Shown piece by piece: positions 1 through 14,356 of a stretch of DNA of 64,000 nt. A model generated the notes under the pieces. It was not told the DNA's origin and did not search any database. It was given only the letters and a program-made list of their open reading frames with translations. Numbering within the stretch: position 1 is the stretch's first letter; every line of letters starts with the position of its first letter. Made by a program: the position numbers and the translations under genes. The DNA is taken from positions 1,222,101 to 1,286,100 of the forward strand of contig NMRA01000005.1 of assembly GCA_002633005.1 (NCBI GenBank), written 5' to 3'. This DNA comes from Phoronis australis. Its lineage: Eukaryota > Animalia > Phoronida.

Positions 1-955
1 GCACTTGAAATAAAAAATTTTAAGAAGTTGGTGGATGGGACTTAACCGAATAGTTGATGTGAGACTTTCGGATTAAAAAATAAGCAAGATTGTCGGATTG
101 CAGACAATGAATTGCAACGCGAGTTACAGAGTAGGTTCCAATGAAAGTGACGGATCGTTATTCAAAAGTAAACAATTTTATTCTTGATCGACGACTGGCT
201 CGACCACCCCTGATCCTTGTCTTACTTCTTTGCATAGCATGTTTGGCGCAAGAGAGCAATGCCGAGCTGTCGAGATAAGACAGCTAGCCGCAGAACCATA
301 CGCTGAAAATGTCATTGAGTCACGGAGTGTTGACTATAACATCCCAAACATAAAAAAACAACAGAGTTAAGTTTTTCAAACTTTTATTACAACCAATTTC
401 AAAACTGCTCTCTGAGTCGGAACTTGACAGCTACATATTGTACGAGACTGTAACCATAAATTTGATGTCTGACCTCTGCAACACGTGAAGCTTGCACGCG
501 CGCACTTAAGCAGGGTCACATCTTGAAACAGTTTTAATTCTAGTGGAGGCTGCGAGGTCACTGGTCGTCTGCGCACCGCAGGACGTCACGGGGCTATTAC
601 TCAGCAATTTTTGTAAATTTAATTATGAATGACTAATCTGAGGCAAAGAGAACCTTTGTTGGGATCATCCGCTGTTATGATGTTTTCACAGTCATGTGGC
701 GACGTGACTATAAAGCTCTTTGAATAGGGCTACGCGTTCCGAGTATGATTGTCGTGTCGGGATTTAGATCGCCAGGTAAGATTAACCGCCCAGGGCGGTT
801 GTCTGTCGTAATAAGCGCCCATGTTCGGTTAACCGCCCATCCCCTACTTTGGGTGGATTTTCGATTTAACCGCCCACTGCTCGGTTAACCGCCCTCCCCC
901 GATTTTTTGGTTTCCCCAATTTAATCGCCCAGGGCGTTAACCCGAACGATTACGG
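1..955 (+). mobile_element. Family A non-autonomous Tc1/mariner(pogo)-like element, right part
   Basis: From about 176 onward near-identical to 52088-52858; ends gggcgttaacccgaacgattacgg|ta; many TTAACCGCCC subterminal repeats. Confidence 0.85.
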
Positions 956-1354
956 TAATCTTAGTGATGTCAGCTAGTACCATCACCATTGCTAGTACCA
1001 TCGCCAATAACATTTAGGCTGACAGCAATTTTAAGATCAAAGCTTAGTTGATAGTCACCCGCATGTGTTGATGTTACCTGCATTGACCTGGGAATAAATG
1101 AAATTATGCGTAATTTTCTCCGTTAGGAATCCAATGACCTAGCTTCAGCATGACTTCATAAGAAAAGGACGTCCAATTCAGTGGCAGAATTATTTGTTCA
1201 AAAATGAAAAAAGCTGCTGTGCCCTGTCAAACTTCTTTGAATAATAATCTGACAAGAGTCAAGTCTTGAGCAAAACTAATATGTACATAGTTATTTCGTG
1301 TTGTGGAGTGGCAACAGTTTAGGTCATATTATACAGTCAACAATTTTTTAAGCA

Positions 1355-2230
1355 TGCTGTTGTCATCGAAGTTATCGCAAGGTAGCGCTGCACGCTAAGC
1401 AGGCCTTTATGCAGCATACGTCCTGGGTGTCCAAATGGACGCCCTAGCACTAATCTGGATGCCCTGGCAAGGACGCCCAATGTATCATTTGGATGCCCAC
1501 TGTCAATAGGAACATTTCAAGTTTGGACTCACTCATTGTAATGCATACTAGGAAGCCTCTGAGGGCTCACAGTGGGGGTTCTTTTTTCAAAGCAGGAAGA
1601 AATATACAATGTATATACAAAGTATATGCATTGTTGCTATTTTGACACAGCATTGTAAAAGTCTTGGTCTAGGCAGTTTTTTTAGTAAAAATTTCATCAT
1701 AGAAGGCTGTTTTATAAACTTAGATGTAAAAACCTTGATCTATGCATTTTTTGTAAAAAAATCTGTGTGTTTGGGGGTATTGCTGGGGGTGGGGGGTTAC
1801 GCGTCGGAATCATGGACGCCCTGGAATATTGGGAACCCCATTTTGGACACCCTATTTTCAAAATCCTGGATAAAGGCCTGACGCTAATATTTTTTTTAAT
1901 GTGACAATTTGGGAACATTTACATGTGCTAAATGACCTTAAACTTACTTTTAAATCGATTGGTTATTATTAGAGCAAAATATAAGTAGCTATTAGTGACG
2001 ACACTACCCTTTAATTATTGACGATAACAGTAGCACCTGGCTATAACTTCAATTGGACCGAAGTTAACTGTTGATACTGCACCGCAGCGTCGACGCTGCG
2101 CTATTAAATCCACCTGTTAACTGCGATGTCAACTGGAGCTGTTAACTATGATCCAGGACCGGAGTTAAGCGTTCATACTGACCGCAACTCCCCAAACCAT
2201 CGACGCGTCGACGTTAGTATGAAATGCCCT
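1355..2230 (+). mobile_element. Family D (PIF/Harbinger-like) MITE copy interrupted by the hAT MITE
   Basis: 1355-1399 and 1881-2230 align collinearly with about 5311-5707; ends agtatgaaatgccct. Confidence 0.75.
1400..1880. mobile_element. hAT-like MITE with 8-bp TSD, nested in a family D copy
   Basis: TIRs caggcctttatgcag / ctggataaaggcctg; flanks acgctaag / acgctaat; GGAYGCCC subterminal repeats; empty site visible at about 5359-5370. Confidence 0.85.
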
Positions 2231-2269
2231 ATAGATAAGTCTACCTGATGAAATGCTCATTTGGATAAT

Positions 2270-2390
2270 TAAAACTATGAACTTCCGTTTACATGCCCTT
2301 TTTTCCGGCGTTTATTTGGTGTTGCTAAAACGCCAGAAATTTTTCATTTTCTGAATACACGCCCATGGGCTTATCTACGGAAATTCCCGG
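2270..2390 (-). mobile_element. Family C fragment (TA-flanked MITE end)
   Basis: Reverse complement of the left end of 56939-57367; ends gggcttatctacggaaattcccgg|ta. Confidence 0.7.
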
Positions 2391-3932
2391 TAATGACAAT
2401 TTCCACAACTTGTTTAAGTTCTGTATTATAGCTGGTACCAGGCAATATTTTGTGAAACTTGTCACAATGTTAGAAACCCTTGAGAAAATAAAGCTAAGGC
2501 TGGCAGTTTTGCCATTTTTTCTGTCTGATGACATTTAACTGTTGAGTTGACTTCAATACGTGTTTTGGTATTTGGGAATTAATTTCCCCCTATTTTACAG
2601 GGGATACACTTTAGATACACGATTTACCTTGAATTCAGCCCCAGGCAGTGCCAAATTACTTGGTCAACCCAATGTTGCTAATTTCAAACTCAATAAATCA
2701 AGTTAGCAGTGGTTTATTTTCCCATTGCAGTTCATGATCTTATCAACTGCAACCAGAAACCATAGCTTGCCATTTTAAAGACTAGGGACAAGGGGCTGCA
2801 TCACAAATCATGATCCAAAACAATGCTTTTCAAAGATCGTACTCTATAAAATCCTTGATCATTTTTGTGGAAAATCAAATGAGCTGTCTTATTGAAATTG
2901 ATTTTTAATTAGATAATAATTGAAGAACCTACTCATGAATGCCTTTGTACGCCGAAGCCACTCACAGTATGTCAGAACCAATGTTGTCTTCTTGACAAAA
3001 CAGGCTGGGGGCGGCCGGAAACCGGCCAGTCTTACTTATACAAATGTGACACTGTCCTTGGGCTCTTAGTCGTATGCTTTAGTTCATTTTGTGCTGTTTT
3101 TTAGATTTACCTTTGTGTGAGAAGACCCTATAAATACTGTCTGAATGTTACATTCTGTGGGAATACAAGGCACAATAGTTGTGTTTGTTGAGGTGCATTT
3201 TTTCACCATTCATCGTTCTTGCTTGCTTGACACCCAAATATTGATTTTTTTGTTTGGCCTCATCGAGTAAAGCCATAGGAGGAGGTATTAATACCCAGCT
3301 AAGTGTTACACTCATTGTAAATAACATGTAATTAGGGTTTGGGCATAGATGACAGTTACAACAGCCACAGATTGGAAAACTTGCTTGGAGGCCTGAACAG
3401 TTACAATCAATAAATCCTACGTCACCTGCATAACTGGTGGCTGTACGTCTGCTTTCTTTTCTACTGGTTGATTCCTTGTTTGAACACTAGATGTCATGTC
3501 ATCTGCATGTTTAGGCAGGTAAATGCCATGTAAAAGTTCAAGCATTTGTGCTTAGCATTGGGAGGGCACATGTCAACAATGTCGAGTGACACGAGTCTGT
3601 GGAGATTGTGCAAGATATTCTTTCTAGTCCGGTTTGGAGATCAAGCTTTCGGATTCTCTGTCCGCTTGATTTCAAGTCATGGTTACTTACAGGTGTCCCA
3701 CATTTTGAGCACCAGTTTGATGCCCTTTATTCAATGGTGAAATCTGGTTCTCAGAATGCTGCAGGACCCTTGTAAGTGATTATTACGGATATAATGTGTT
3801 ACAAAAGTTATTACTCAGATTGCACTATGTTTAAATTAATTCCCACTTGTTTTTCCCCATTTTTGGGATTGCACAACTACCTTGGTGTGACATGGCCTAA
3901 TGTGAAAACTAACTCCTGCATTTCCGTCATGC

Positions 3933-4079
3933 CATGGGCGGCACAGCACCGAAAAAGGTAGAGGGCTATAGGCCCTCTGAGCCCCCTGTGGTACACCGCC
4001 CATAGACCATGGGCGCCGGAGCACTGAAAAAAGTGGGGGGGGGCTTTACCCCCCAGCCCCCTATGGTGCGGCGCCCATG
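3933..4079. mobile_element. Tandem pair of short GC-rich MITE units (catgggcg...cgcccatg)
   Basis: Two related units of about 72 bp, each bounded by catgggcg / cgcccat inverted ends. Confidence 0.6.
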
Positions 4080-4560
4080 CATGCCATCAATATTTTGCAG
4101 GTCATTTAAATTTTGATTATCTTGTGGAGTGCTTACAAAATGGCTTCAACAGTTGAATGACACTAAACTTCTGAACGTTCTTGAAAGTGTTAGTCTTTTC
4201 TGGGGTGGAATTGCAGTGTCGTTACCTCATTTAAAATTCATTTGAAGCAATCACATTTTCAATCAACCAAAAAGCCTGCATTTGGGTATATTATTTCACT
4301 TCTTCAGAATGTTGTATGTGAAACTTCTGGCAGCGGTGTTAATTCCCCAAATAAACCTTTTCTTAGGTATTTTATTTGAAAAAGGCACCTTTCCTTGTCT
4401 TCTAGTGACATGGTATGCACATAATGGAATGACATATTAAACTGTTAAAAACAACCTGCCTCAGTCCCTGTATACCACTTGGGGAGTGAACTGTGAGATT
4501 TATGGCTTGTCTAGCAATTAGCATCCCACAGGATTTCCCATTTGCTTGTGCAAGTTTAAT

Positions 4561-5707
4561 GGCCCTTTCATAGTAGTGGTGCTCCACACTTAACTAAACG
4601 CCAAGTCGCATTTAGCCACCTGACAAGAAACCCAGGTCGCCAAATGACATCTGAGGTCGCCAAATGGCATCTGAGGTCACCAAAATTGAAAACAAAATAA
4701 TGAAATCATCGGCATCGATAGCTGAGGTTCCATATTCGACATAAATTTTTGTCGACCAAAAAAGGTCGTACAAGGCTGTAACAGCAACCATTTTCCTTCT
4801 GGTTCACTAATTTTCACCATAGCCATTCAGTCTCTAACCCAGTTATTACTCCTACCAACGGACGAGCAGAGGACCCAGACGACGGCATGGCCTGATGGTG
4901 CGAATTTCGACAATCTTGCCCGATTTTTACCGAACAATTCCGACTTCTGTCTGTTTACTTCCTGTTATAATTGCAACATGGTGGCAGATGCGTTCAATTC
5001 ACGAAATATAAAGGAAACAATTGTGAATCAAAGGTAATAAATTAAGAACACTATTAGTAATTTCAAGTTTGGAAGTCAACACGAACCTTGAAACGAATGT
5101 AGGGGGAAATATTGTTTGACTATGATACATGTAGTGGCGACCTTGTTGCGACTTGGAATTTTTCCTAGGAAGCCAAACACAAACTGCAGGTCGCCAATTC
5201 GAGTGCTGTACTGACTTAACTCCAGTGTGAGCAGAGTATCGACATAAAGTTAACTAAACTGTTCATACCGACTTCGATAGTTAACGGACATTGAAGTAAA
5301 TGGTAGGTGACGTTGTTGTCATCAAAGTAATCGCAAGCTAGCACTGATACATCCCATGCGCGCTAACATTTTTTTAATGTGACAATTTGGGAACATTTAC
5401 ATGTGCTAATGGACATAAAACGTATTTCACATTCGATTGGTGATTATTCGAGCAAAATACAAGCAACTATTAACAAAGACACTGCCCTTTAATTGTTGAC
5501 GATAACAGTGACCCCTGACAGTAACTTCAGTGGGACCGAAGTTGACCGTTCATACTGCACCACAGCGTCAACGCTCCGCTGTTAAGTCTGCCTGTTTATT
5601 GCGAAGTTAACTAGCACTGTTAACTTCGATCCAAGACCGAAGTTAACTGTTCATACTGACCGCAACTCCCCAAAACATTGATGCGTCACCGTCAGTATGA
5701 AAGGGCC
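4561..5707 (+). mobile_element. Family D (PIF/Harbinger-like) full copy with an internal insertion at about 4585-5208
   Basis: TIRs ggccctttcata / tatgaaagggcc with TAA-like flanks; the inserted segment has GGTCGCCA/GCGAC repeats and ends gagtgctg. Confidence 0.7.
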
Positions 5708-5709
5708 TC

Positions 5710-6018
5710 AAAGCTGCATTTACACGGGAGACAGCTGTCTCTGAGCAACTAACACAGAACAGCTGATCAGGTGCAAGTGAGTGTGTAAACACGACTGACA
5801 CGGTAGGGGTTTGAAAGGTAGAGCGAGTTGCACTCGATTAGTTACACGTCTAAACTCATCTGGGGCAGGGTGGAAAGGGTTCAAATTTCAAAGCGTTCTC
5901 AGCGCAGTATTTGTGTAAGTGACCGGTGCTTATTCAGTTTGCGATCTAATGTCAGGTAAATGCGACTTAAGTAGATCAAGTCGCACTGTGACAACTGTTC
6001 CCTGTGTAAAAACAGCAT
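5710..6018. mobile_element. Degenerate TIR element directly abutting family D
   Basis: Imperfect inverted ends gctgcatttacacgggagacagctgtc / gacaactgttccctgtgtaaaaacagc. Confidence 0.5.
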
Positions 6019-8289
6019 AAGGTAAAAATGAGCTTGCTTATAAAGCCAACAAAAGCCTATGTGTTTTTTATTTTGAGACTTTGCTCATTGACTAAAAAAG
6101 AAAATGCCCACCTGCATCATTTTCTTAAAAAAACAGACCACAAGCGATTGTTGCTTGTTTGACCTTTATTACTGGCATAAATTTGGTGTAGGCCTTCTGT
6201 CCAATGCTGTGTTTTGATGATAATTATGACACTGCACAAACTGATCTGGCACAAGAGGATGGTTGTTCACATGCCTACTAAGATGTCTCCAGACAGGTAA
6301 TTAATTGTCCAAGCACAAGTGACCATGTGTGCAAAAATTAAACCTGGGCATCTTGATACTGGTGGGGCAAGATGCAATGGTTAACTAACATGGAATTCTA
6401 CAAGCATAATTGAGCTGTCAATTTGTTCAGTGTCAAATTCTGTTTACATGCGTAGCTGCTCCATGTCTGTCTGTGCTGTCAAAAGTGTAATGTAAACCAC
6501 ACACAAGATGTAGCTGTATAGTATACTACCCTCACCAAACTGTTTCTCATTTTCTGTTATAAAAACTCAGTCAATGTCTTAATAGTTTTTGTGGTCTGAG
6601 GAGTGTTCGCCTGAGCAAAAGCACAGAGTGTCTTGTGCTCTCTTAGTTCCATAAGATTAGGTTTATTTGTGAAAACATTAATTACTTAACCTCGTTTTAC
6701 TTCAATGTAGCAGTTCAATTTACATTTCCCCAACTAATTGGTCAGCATTGCCTGAAGTTATTTGATGCAGTTTACTTGTCTTGCTAAATACTCATTTGGC
6801 TTCTTTAGTCATGTCAATGGAGCCAACAAAATTAATCTTTTTCTGTTGTGTTGTCCAACGCTAGTTGAAGCCTGAGGCAATGTTTCACAACAGTTGACTT
6901 TTCGTTGTATGGATATCGACTTGTAGAACAACTGCTAAAGCTGATTTATTGCTTCTGGGCTGCTTTGTTCTCAGTCTGATTATGAGTTGTAAAACGATTG
7001 TCGACGCCAGATCCGGTGAAATTTAAAGGTTCATCCTAGTGTCGCACACTGGTTTGTGGTAGAATCTTTCTGTTAATTAAAGGGGCTCAGAGCATGGATG
7101 CTAGAATTCATAAACCTATATCCAATCAGTGTGAATAATTTCTTAAGGGGAAGGGGGACTCTTTAATAAAATCCCTGCATAGTCTATAGAGAGATAAAAT
7201 CTAAATAAAATAAATCTGTGTTGATGTTGTTCACAGCCAGCATATTTTCAGCATTAATTTTCGTGTCTTTTTATTGGTAGGCTGATAATCACTTCATCAA
7301 TAAGTCCGTTGAGTAATACTTTCTTAACTGATTATCAAAAACTACTTTGATGGAATTAAGCCAGGATTTGGCGTTCGACTCGTTGAACATTTGAACGAGA
7401 GTGTTCAAACTAATTGCTCATCTAAATCTTGTCCTTTATCGAGCTTGATTTGGCTTATTTCGAACAAATGCTTATGTTGTTATCTTATTTAGCCGGTTTA
7501 GCGTCTGTGCTCGTTGAAATTGAAATAAAAAGTCGGGATGGGCAGCAAATCAATGCTTGGCGTTTTATAGGAGATCTTCGGGAAGTCTGGGAAGGCAGGG
7601 AAGGTGTTTGTCTGAACTGCCAACTGTGGTCAATGACCAGGGAATTAAATGTATATAAAAATTTTTTTAATCCTTCATTATTGTGATTTGTATTATTCAA
7701 CTACAGAAAAGTCTAAGGTGATATTTTATCTATCTTAAAACACTAGTTGGTATGTATTTTGATTATTTAGAAATGAGGTCATCAGCTTTTGAAAAATAGG
7801 AATTCGTATCTGGTGTATATACCACCATAATGCTTAGGGGCTTGATCATTGTGTTATGCGTTTTATTTTTGTTGGTTGTGCGAGTGGATCACAGTGTGAT
7901 TGTCTTTCAACAACAACAACAAATCATTCATTAGCAGTGCCTTTATCGCAAGATTTGTTACTTGTGATCAGTCCGTTTTTATCATCTGGACGCTTGTAAA
8001 AACATGCAAGCAAGGAAGTAGTCCTTATTGTTAACTGAATTTCACGGGTGACTTAAACGACCAAAAGTCGGACCCCTGGGAAGAAGTCAATTTCTTTGCT
8101 ATGAACTTCTGCATTTTCTCACACTGTCATTGAGCCTCTCTGCCGACAGTTTTAGCCTCAACATTCACTATTTTTTGGCACAGAAGCCTTAGTGATTGAC
8201 AATTTTTCGCAAAATGTGCCAGATTAATTTTCAAAATCAATTATTTTCTGTAACATTTTTGAAATAGAGCTATTTGGAAAACTTAATTA

Positions 8290-9999
8290 CAGTAAAAATT
8301 CCCGAGTTTAGGACAATGAAAAAATATATATTTTGAACCTAAGTGTTTTAAGTGGGCAATATTGGCCGTCCAAAATTCGAGAAATGTGAGAAAGCCAGTA
8401 AAATCGACGGTGTCCGAAATGTACAAATTTATGGGGTTGGGTGCCGACAACGTTTCGATTTGTAGTTTTAGACAGTTTGAACAGAAGCGCAGATTTGTAA
8501 TCGTTATTGCTGACAAGAAATTCACACAAGGTCCTCAAAACATAAACAGTGATGTTACTGACTCTGAACACAATCCACTTGCCAAACTTTATGATAGGAA
8601 ACGTATACTTGTCATGTAACATGCCTTGACTGATTATTCGTTAGTATCCATTGGTGCTCAACATCTTCGCGTTAAATTGTTAGCAAACCGAACACAGACG
8701 ACACGACTGCAGTATATGTAACCCTGGTTTGTTTCTGGGAATCGCGTGCGACATACTTATGAGTCACCTGTCACTCAAACAGTCCTTAGCGAGACGTTCT
8801 CACCAACGAGATAAATGTAAATAAGGACCCTGCAGTCTTAGCTCAATTACTGACGTATCTGGGCATTTATTTCAAAATAATAGAACTGTTGCTTAATGCA
8901 ACTGCGGTATATTCAATCAATTAAAATTTTGAATTATTCCAAAACATAACGGTAGGCCAGATCGCAATTGAATCAGTAGAGCCTTCGTAGTTCTAACCGT
9001 AAAACATCACCACGTGCAAGGGACTGTTCAAGTAGCCGGCTACAAGTGCGTTAGCTTCTTCGACGCTAATTATGCTTTAATATAAGAGCTGTCTGTCCCG
9101 AAAATCTCGGCCCTTGCATTCCTGATACTGCTGTTGTAATTTTATCTGTCCTACATTCTCTCCGGCCCGATAGCAGTGCCGTACGATTGTGAATAAATTC
9201 AATTGTTTTTTTATGTGCGTATGTATTTTTAGATTGATCTCTGCTGCGGGCCCAGGTTTCATTTTACAAATCAAATGCCATGGGTCAAATGACCCATGAA
9301 AGGGACTGAGGAGGGGTGGAAACGGAGCAAGTTTGACTAAAGATTAACAGGTTCACACTCTGTTTTAGATGGTTTCAAAATTCTTAACCTTGGTACGAGA
9401 GCCCAAACATTTCGTGTAGAATACAAAATAGGCTAATAAATAGAATGTTCGCAGAAAATTTTGAAGACGTGAACCCGGGATCTGACTTGGTAACAAAATG
9501 GTCTCATCACCGGTGCTTGTTCATTAGCTGTTAATCCAAATACAAAGCGTGACACTGTTGCAATTCCGCGAAAGTTGGAGTACATAATTTTATTTGCATA
9601 GTGAAACCGCGATCAAGCGTGGCAAATAGTTTGAGTCTGTGATTACGACTGCCAAGAAAACGTGCGAGATATACACAAACCATCCACATCGATAACTATA
9701 GACTGCAACATCAGTCAATACATTACACCGGCGGCGGTTTAAATGATGTGCAAATAATCACTGTTACTTGATGAACTTTCAGATTTTACATTCAGCCTCC
9801 GATCATGTGAAAAAGCACACTGTCTGAAATGTGAGAATACGGCCAATACCGATAAAATCAACGTATCCGAAATTTGAGAAATATGGTGAATGCCAAATTT
9901 GACCATATACCAAATTTCAGAATCAAAAAGTTCAGTTTAGGGTTGGATTTAGGTGTCTGAAATTCGGGAGACTGTCCTAAATTTGGGACTTTTTATCAT
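8290..9999. mobile_element. Old Tigger/pogo-like non-autonomous element
   Basis: ta|cagtaaaaattcccgagtttaggaca versus tgtcctaaatttgggacttttta; repeated tgtccgaaat subterminal motifs; related fragments at about 15320-15412 and 16771-16947. Confidence 0.55.
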
Positions 10000-11905
10000 A
10001 GTTGTCAAATAGGATATTGAATAGTGTCAAGCTGCTGATATCAGGCTTGAGCAGTGTCTGCAGATTAGTTAATTGTTTTACGTGTATTTACTAGGTTTTG
10101 TCAATTTGTCCGATACCACAATCAACTGGTGTAGGGCACACACAGCTGTAGAACCTCGGGTTCTTGCCTGTGATTAAAATTACAGTGAAATCACTTTGGG
10201 CACCATAGGGCAGACTGGTGAAATTTCAGTCTCTTACTTTTCCCATACGTAGCACCAAATTACTGTTTTTCCTTGTTTAAGTTTTAGAGTTCATCTACCA
10301 TCAGAAAATTTTGAAAAATTGAGCATTGACGACAATGTGGGATTCCCTGAGAAATGAAAAAATATAGCTTTTGGCAATTTTTTCTGTTTGAAATTTGTGA
10401 GATTGTATCGTAATACGTGTTATTGCGTGCAAAACGCTTTTTATTTGTTTGTCCAGTTTATTTGTTATGAGCTTATTGAGGCGACATTGTGTTAGCGGTG
10501 ATTATAGCAACAGCTTCGGTCAATAACATGACAGACAAAAAGATAAGAGATTATTATGTGAGTAATCGCTCAGACAAAGATTTGATGGTGCATGATTTAA
10601 ACTGACTGAAAGTGATTATTTGCCCGCTCTGAAGAACAGAATCAGTGTGGATGTGAACTCTTGGAAATTGTCTTCACATAAAATTCCAGAACTCAAACAT
10701 TTTAAATTTTAATCAGGGGCACAATTTGAGTAGTTTTTTTAATTGACATCTACTTTAATGAGCACTTTAAAAGACATTTTCAGTAATAAATGCGATTATC
10801 TGAGATCAGTCTCTGCGGGGAGATTAACTTCCCTCTCGCTCTACTGGTCAAAGTTAATAATTAAGTCTATCCCATCTAACAATGATCGACAGAATGAATT
10901 TTCCATCCTAAAACCATGAAGTTAACTGGCGGTGTAGTGGAGAATAGTGGTAATTCGTTTTCATATTTTAGGCAGTTAAACAGGGTGGAATGCAGCTTTA
11001 AGCATGTCAGATACATTAGTGCAAAATCAGTCATCCATAGGTTGTTAGTCAATGCTGTTACCAAGATTCATTTTAATGTACAAGTACCTGTGTCAATGCT
11101 AATAAAACAAGCATTTCTTTACCTGGTTACTTGTTCCTAACACCAATAAATCTAGTCACCTTTCTAAATTCACGCTCAAATGCTCCTAGTAAGCTAGAAA
11201 AGACACTGGTGGGTTTCACATCATAAGTTGGGTATTGGCAACCAGCCATCATGGAATCCTCCCCTATTTACATGACATAACATCAATATTTATTACAAAT
11301 TTCACCAAACATTTTTCCCATCACGCAGGAACAAAGAAGGTCGATTAAAAATGGATGGACCCTTATCATTAATCTAGATGTCCGCGCCAAATTTCTTCAT
11401 TAAGTTGTCTTGTAGCTGAGTTGCACAGCCATGTCAGGTCCAAGTCCCGCCATTTTTACAGGCACCAGTACAGCTGGATCAAACAAAGATGGCGCTACTT
11501 TACACATCATAAGCATCCGTACTCTCTATTTCATTTTCGTCAACTTAATTGTCATCGCTTTCGTCAGACAAATGTCATTGTTGAAAGTACAGTAGTTCTT
11601 GGTAAAAATGGAACTTATCCTCCATAGCTATTGACAAACTGATAAAACCTGCCTATGTCGTCAGGCGCTCGATTGGGAGAATTGAGACTCCGATCACAAA
11701 AAAGTGATTCGGCTGTAGGCAAGTGCATTGGGCATTTCAGAAGTTCAAAATTACTATGAATAACGAAGGTATATAACTGTTTAGACAAACCCCCCAGATT
11801 TCTACTTTAAGGGGTTGTGCATAAGCAAGCTATCATATTTTATTTGTAGCTAACTTGTTAAAGGTTATGACAAGTGTGTGCATCACTTGATAACAACGAA
11901 CTTAA

Positions 11906-12064
<159 letters not shown>

Positions 12065-12106
12065 TGAGTCTAATGTAGTTTTGCTGCAGTGCCTCCTTCA
12101 GACAAA

Positions 12107-12336
12107 ATTTGTTGAACACGCAGTAATGTTTACTATTAATAATTTTCGATGATGTTCGCTTGAGCTCTATGTATCTTTGACGGTCATCTGTAGCTAAATA
12201 ATAAAGCAGACGGCTAAGTGACGTAAGAAAATTAATGATTCAAATAATGACAGCTGTATTTCGAGACTGTTTGAATAGTAGAGTGAATGTCGTTGAAGAT
12301 TATTAACGGTGAATATTATTGTGTGTTCAACAAATT
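12107..12336. mobile_element. Foldback MITE just downstream of a CaMKI exon
   Basis: Imperfect arms of about 55 bp: aatttgttgaacacgcagtaatgtttactattaataat / attattaacggtgaatattattgtgtgttcaacaaatt. Confidence 0.65.
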
Positions 12337-13307
12337 ATGTCCATAGAAAGTACATCTGTGTGCATTCTTCTCTAATTTCTTTCTGTCCATTTCACGGGGG
12401 CTTTCCCATAGGAGGGGTAATGATGCGCTGCGTATTCTTATGGGGTGTTGCCCTCTCTAGTGTGTGGTGTGATGTTGCACCCCTTGTTTTTAGTTTTAGG
12501 GAGAGTTGCCGAGCACGGTTGTGTCTTGGGTATTTCTTTCATTATTTGGTTCTGTATTGTGCGCTCATTTCCCAGGTTATTGCATGTATGGATTTCGGTC
12601 CCTCGATTCTTGTTCACCATTGTTCAACAACTCCCCTGTGATTACATGTTTGTCGTAATAAAAATGAAAAATGAACAACACGGTATCCCTGTCATTCAGA
12701 ACATGTGCTCAACCGCTATCACGCTCTTCCAAGTTCATCTGTGTCAAGGCCATAAAGTGAGTAGAAGTAGCAGACAGTAGTAAGTCAATATATTCATTCA
12801 ATCACGTCGTTGCGTCGCTTCTTTTTAAACTCAAGTGCCGAGACCTCAGTGTTAACCATTACCATAAATCAGCAGACCTAGCAACGTTCAGCTCAGTGCA
12901 TAATGTCTATTTTAACACTTCCTGTGGTCTCCCTGATGCACCTCATGCTGCGTTTTAATGGTTGCGCAGAGATTCTGGGCATAGAATCAGATTGTCTAGA
13001 AGTACATCCATCTTGAGTCGATAATACATTGTTGAAAACTAATTTGCTTCTCATCGGCATAAAGTACAATTTTTATTGCGTATGATTATAGTGATTTGTA
13101 ACGAATGTTGTCAGGTTTTTGTATTTTAAATATGGGTGAATCGAGAACAGTGTTGAAGCGCTTGCATATTTTTGATTGACTATGGTGGAGTTTGCAAGTT
13201 GTATTTTTGAATAAAAATCATTTCTCTCTTGTGGAAGGGTTAACCAGACCTGCTTTACAACAGCTACTATTATGAAGGGAAAACTTGGAGACACTATGGC
13301 CACTTTC

Positions 13308-13437
13308 CCACCACACCCACGCCCCACACCTTCACACATACCCTCCCCCACACACCCCCACACCCCCCCTCACACCCTACACACACCCCTTCACCCCCTA
13401 CACACCCTGCCAACACCCCCACACCCCCTACACACCC
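13308..13437 (+). repeat. C/A-rich low-complexity repeat (cacacccc-type)
   Basis: Directly visible. Confidence 0.85.
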
Positions 13438-14356
13438 TGGTCAGTTGAGCATCCACATTGCACTTCCTATACCTTGCAAAGGGGATTAGACACCTGTTTC
13501 TAACTGAGAAAATGCACAGAAACACCCGTTTGTAACTGAGAAAATGCACAGCTTCCAATATTACTTCCTCCTTGTCTGCATGCAACTTGCGTTCACACTG
13601 CGACTTATGCTGGTGCAAGTTACCCTGGGTGGTGTGAACAGCACTTATGTGGATGTGACATGAACTTTGAAAGGCTTTTTTAAGAAAATGGAACTTTATA
13701 TGCTTCATTTGGCTCCAGGAACTGATTTGGTTTGATACCTTATCGTTTAATACTTTTTATTTTTAAAACTAGCTATTGGTAATTATTTGTATTTCAATCA
13801 ACTAGCTAGCTAATATGAGCTGTCAAGAGTCGGGTATTCGGTTTGTAACACTCAAGTTGTCAGCATTTGTTCACTGAGTGCACATTCAATATTTGCCCAT
13901 GCAACCTGAGCAAAATTGTTATAAAATATTTGCTGTACACTTTTATGTATTGATTGGATTTTGCTGTGAGCTTGTGCAAGCAGGTCGCTGTGATTGTTCA
14001 GACCTCACCAGTGTCCTGCCGAGATGATTGACTTGCGTTTCTAAAGCCTTCCCAGTATAACGCTTTGTGAGTGGGTTCAACGAATGTTCAGCATTTCTTC
14101 CCGGTGCTGTTTCAGCTGTTAACAAATTGCAGCTTTGATCATCTGGTTGTTTACATCACTGGAAAAGTGATTCTGCTAATCCATTTAATTGAAAGATTTC
14201 TGCACACAGGTCTTGTTATTAGGCTGACTGAAAACTAGTCACCATAAAGGGGAAATTTTCTGTTTTTCATGTTACTTTTAGCGAGAGTACAGCAGCTCCT
14301 TGGCTATCTTGGATACTTTTGGATGGGCTACGCTTACTATTGGAGCAATAATAGAC

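Noticed and set aside
376-576. ORF repeated at 52295-52516
   Set aside because: The similarity is due to family A transposon copies; the ORF is short and has no transposase motifs.
12075-12105. Hammerhead-ribozyme/Penelope-like motif on the minus strand (ctgaagg...aaaac)
   Set aside because: The CUGANGA and GAAA cores are both imperfect and no stems II/III could be formed.
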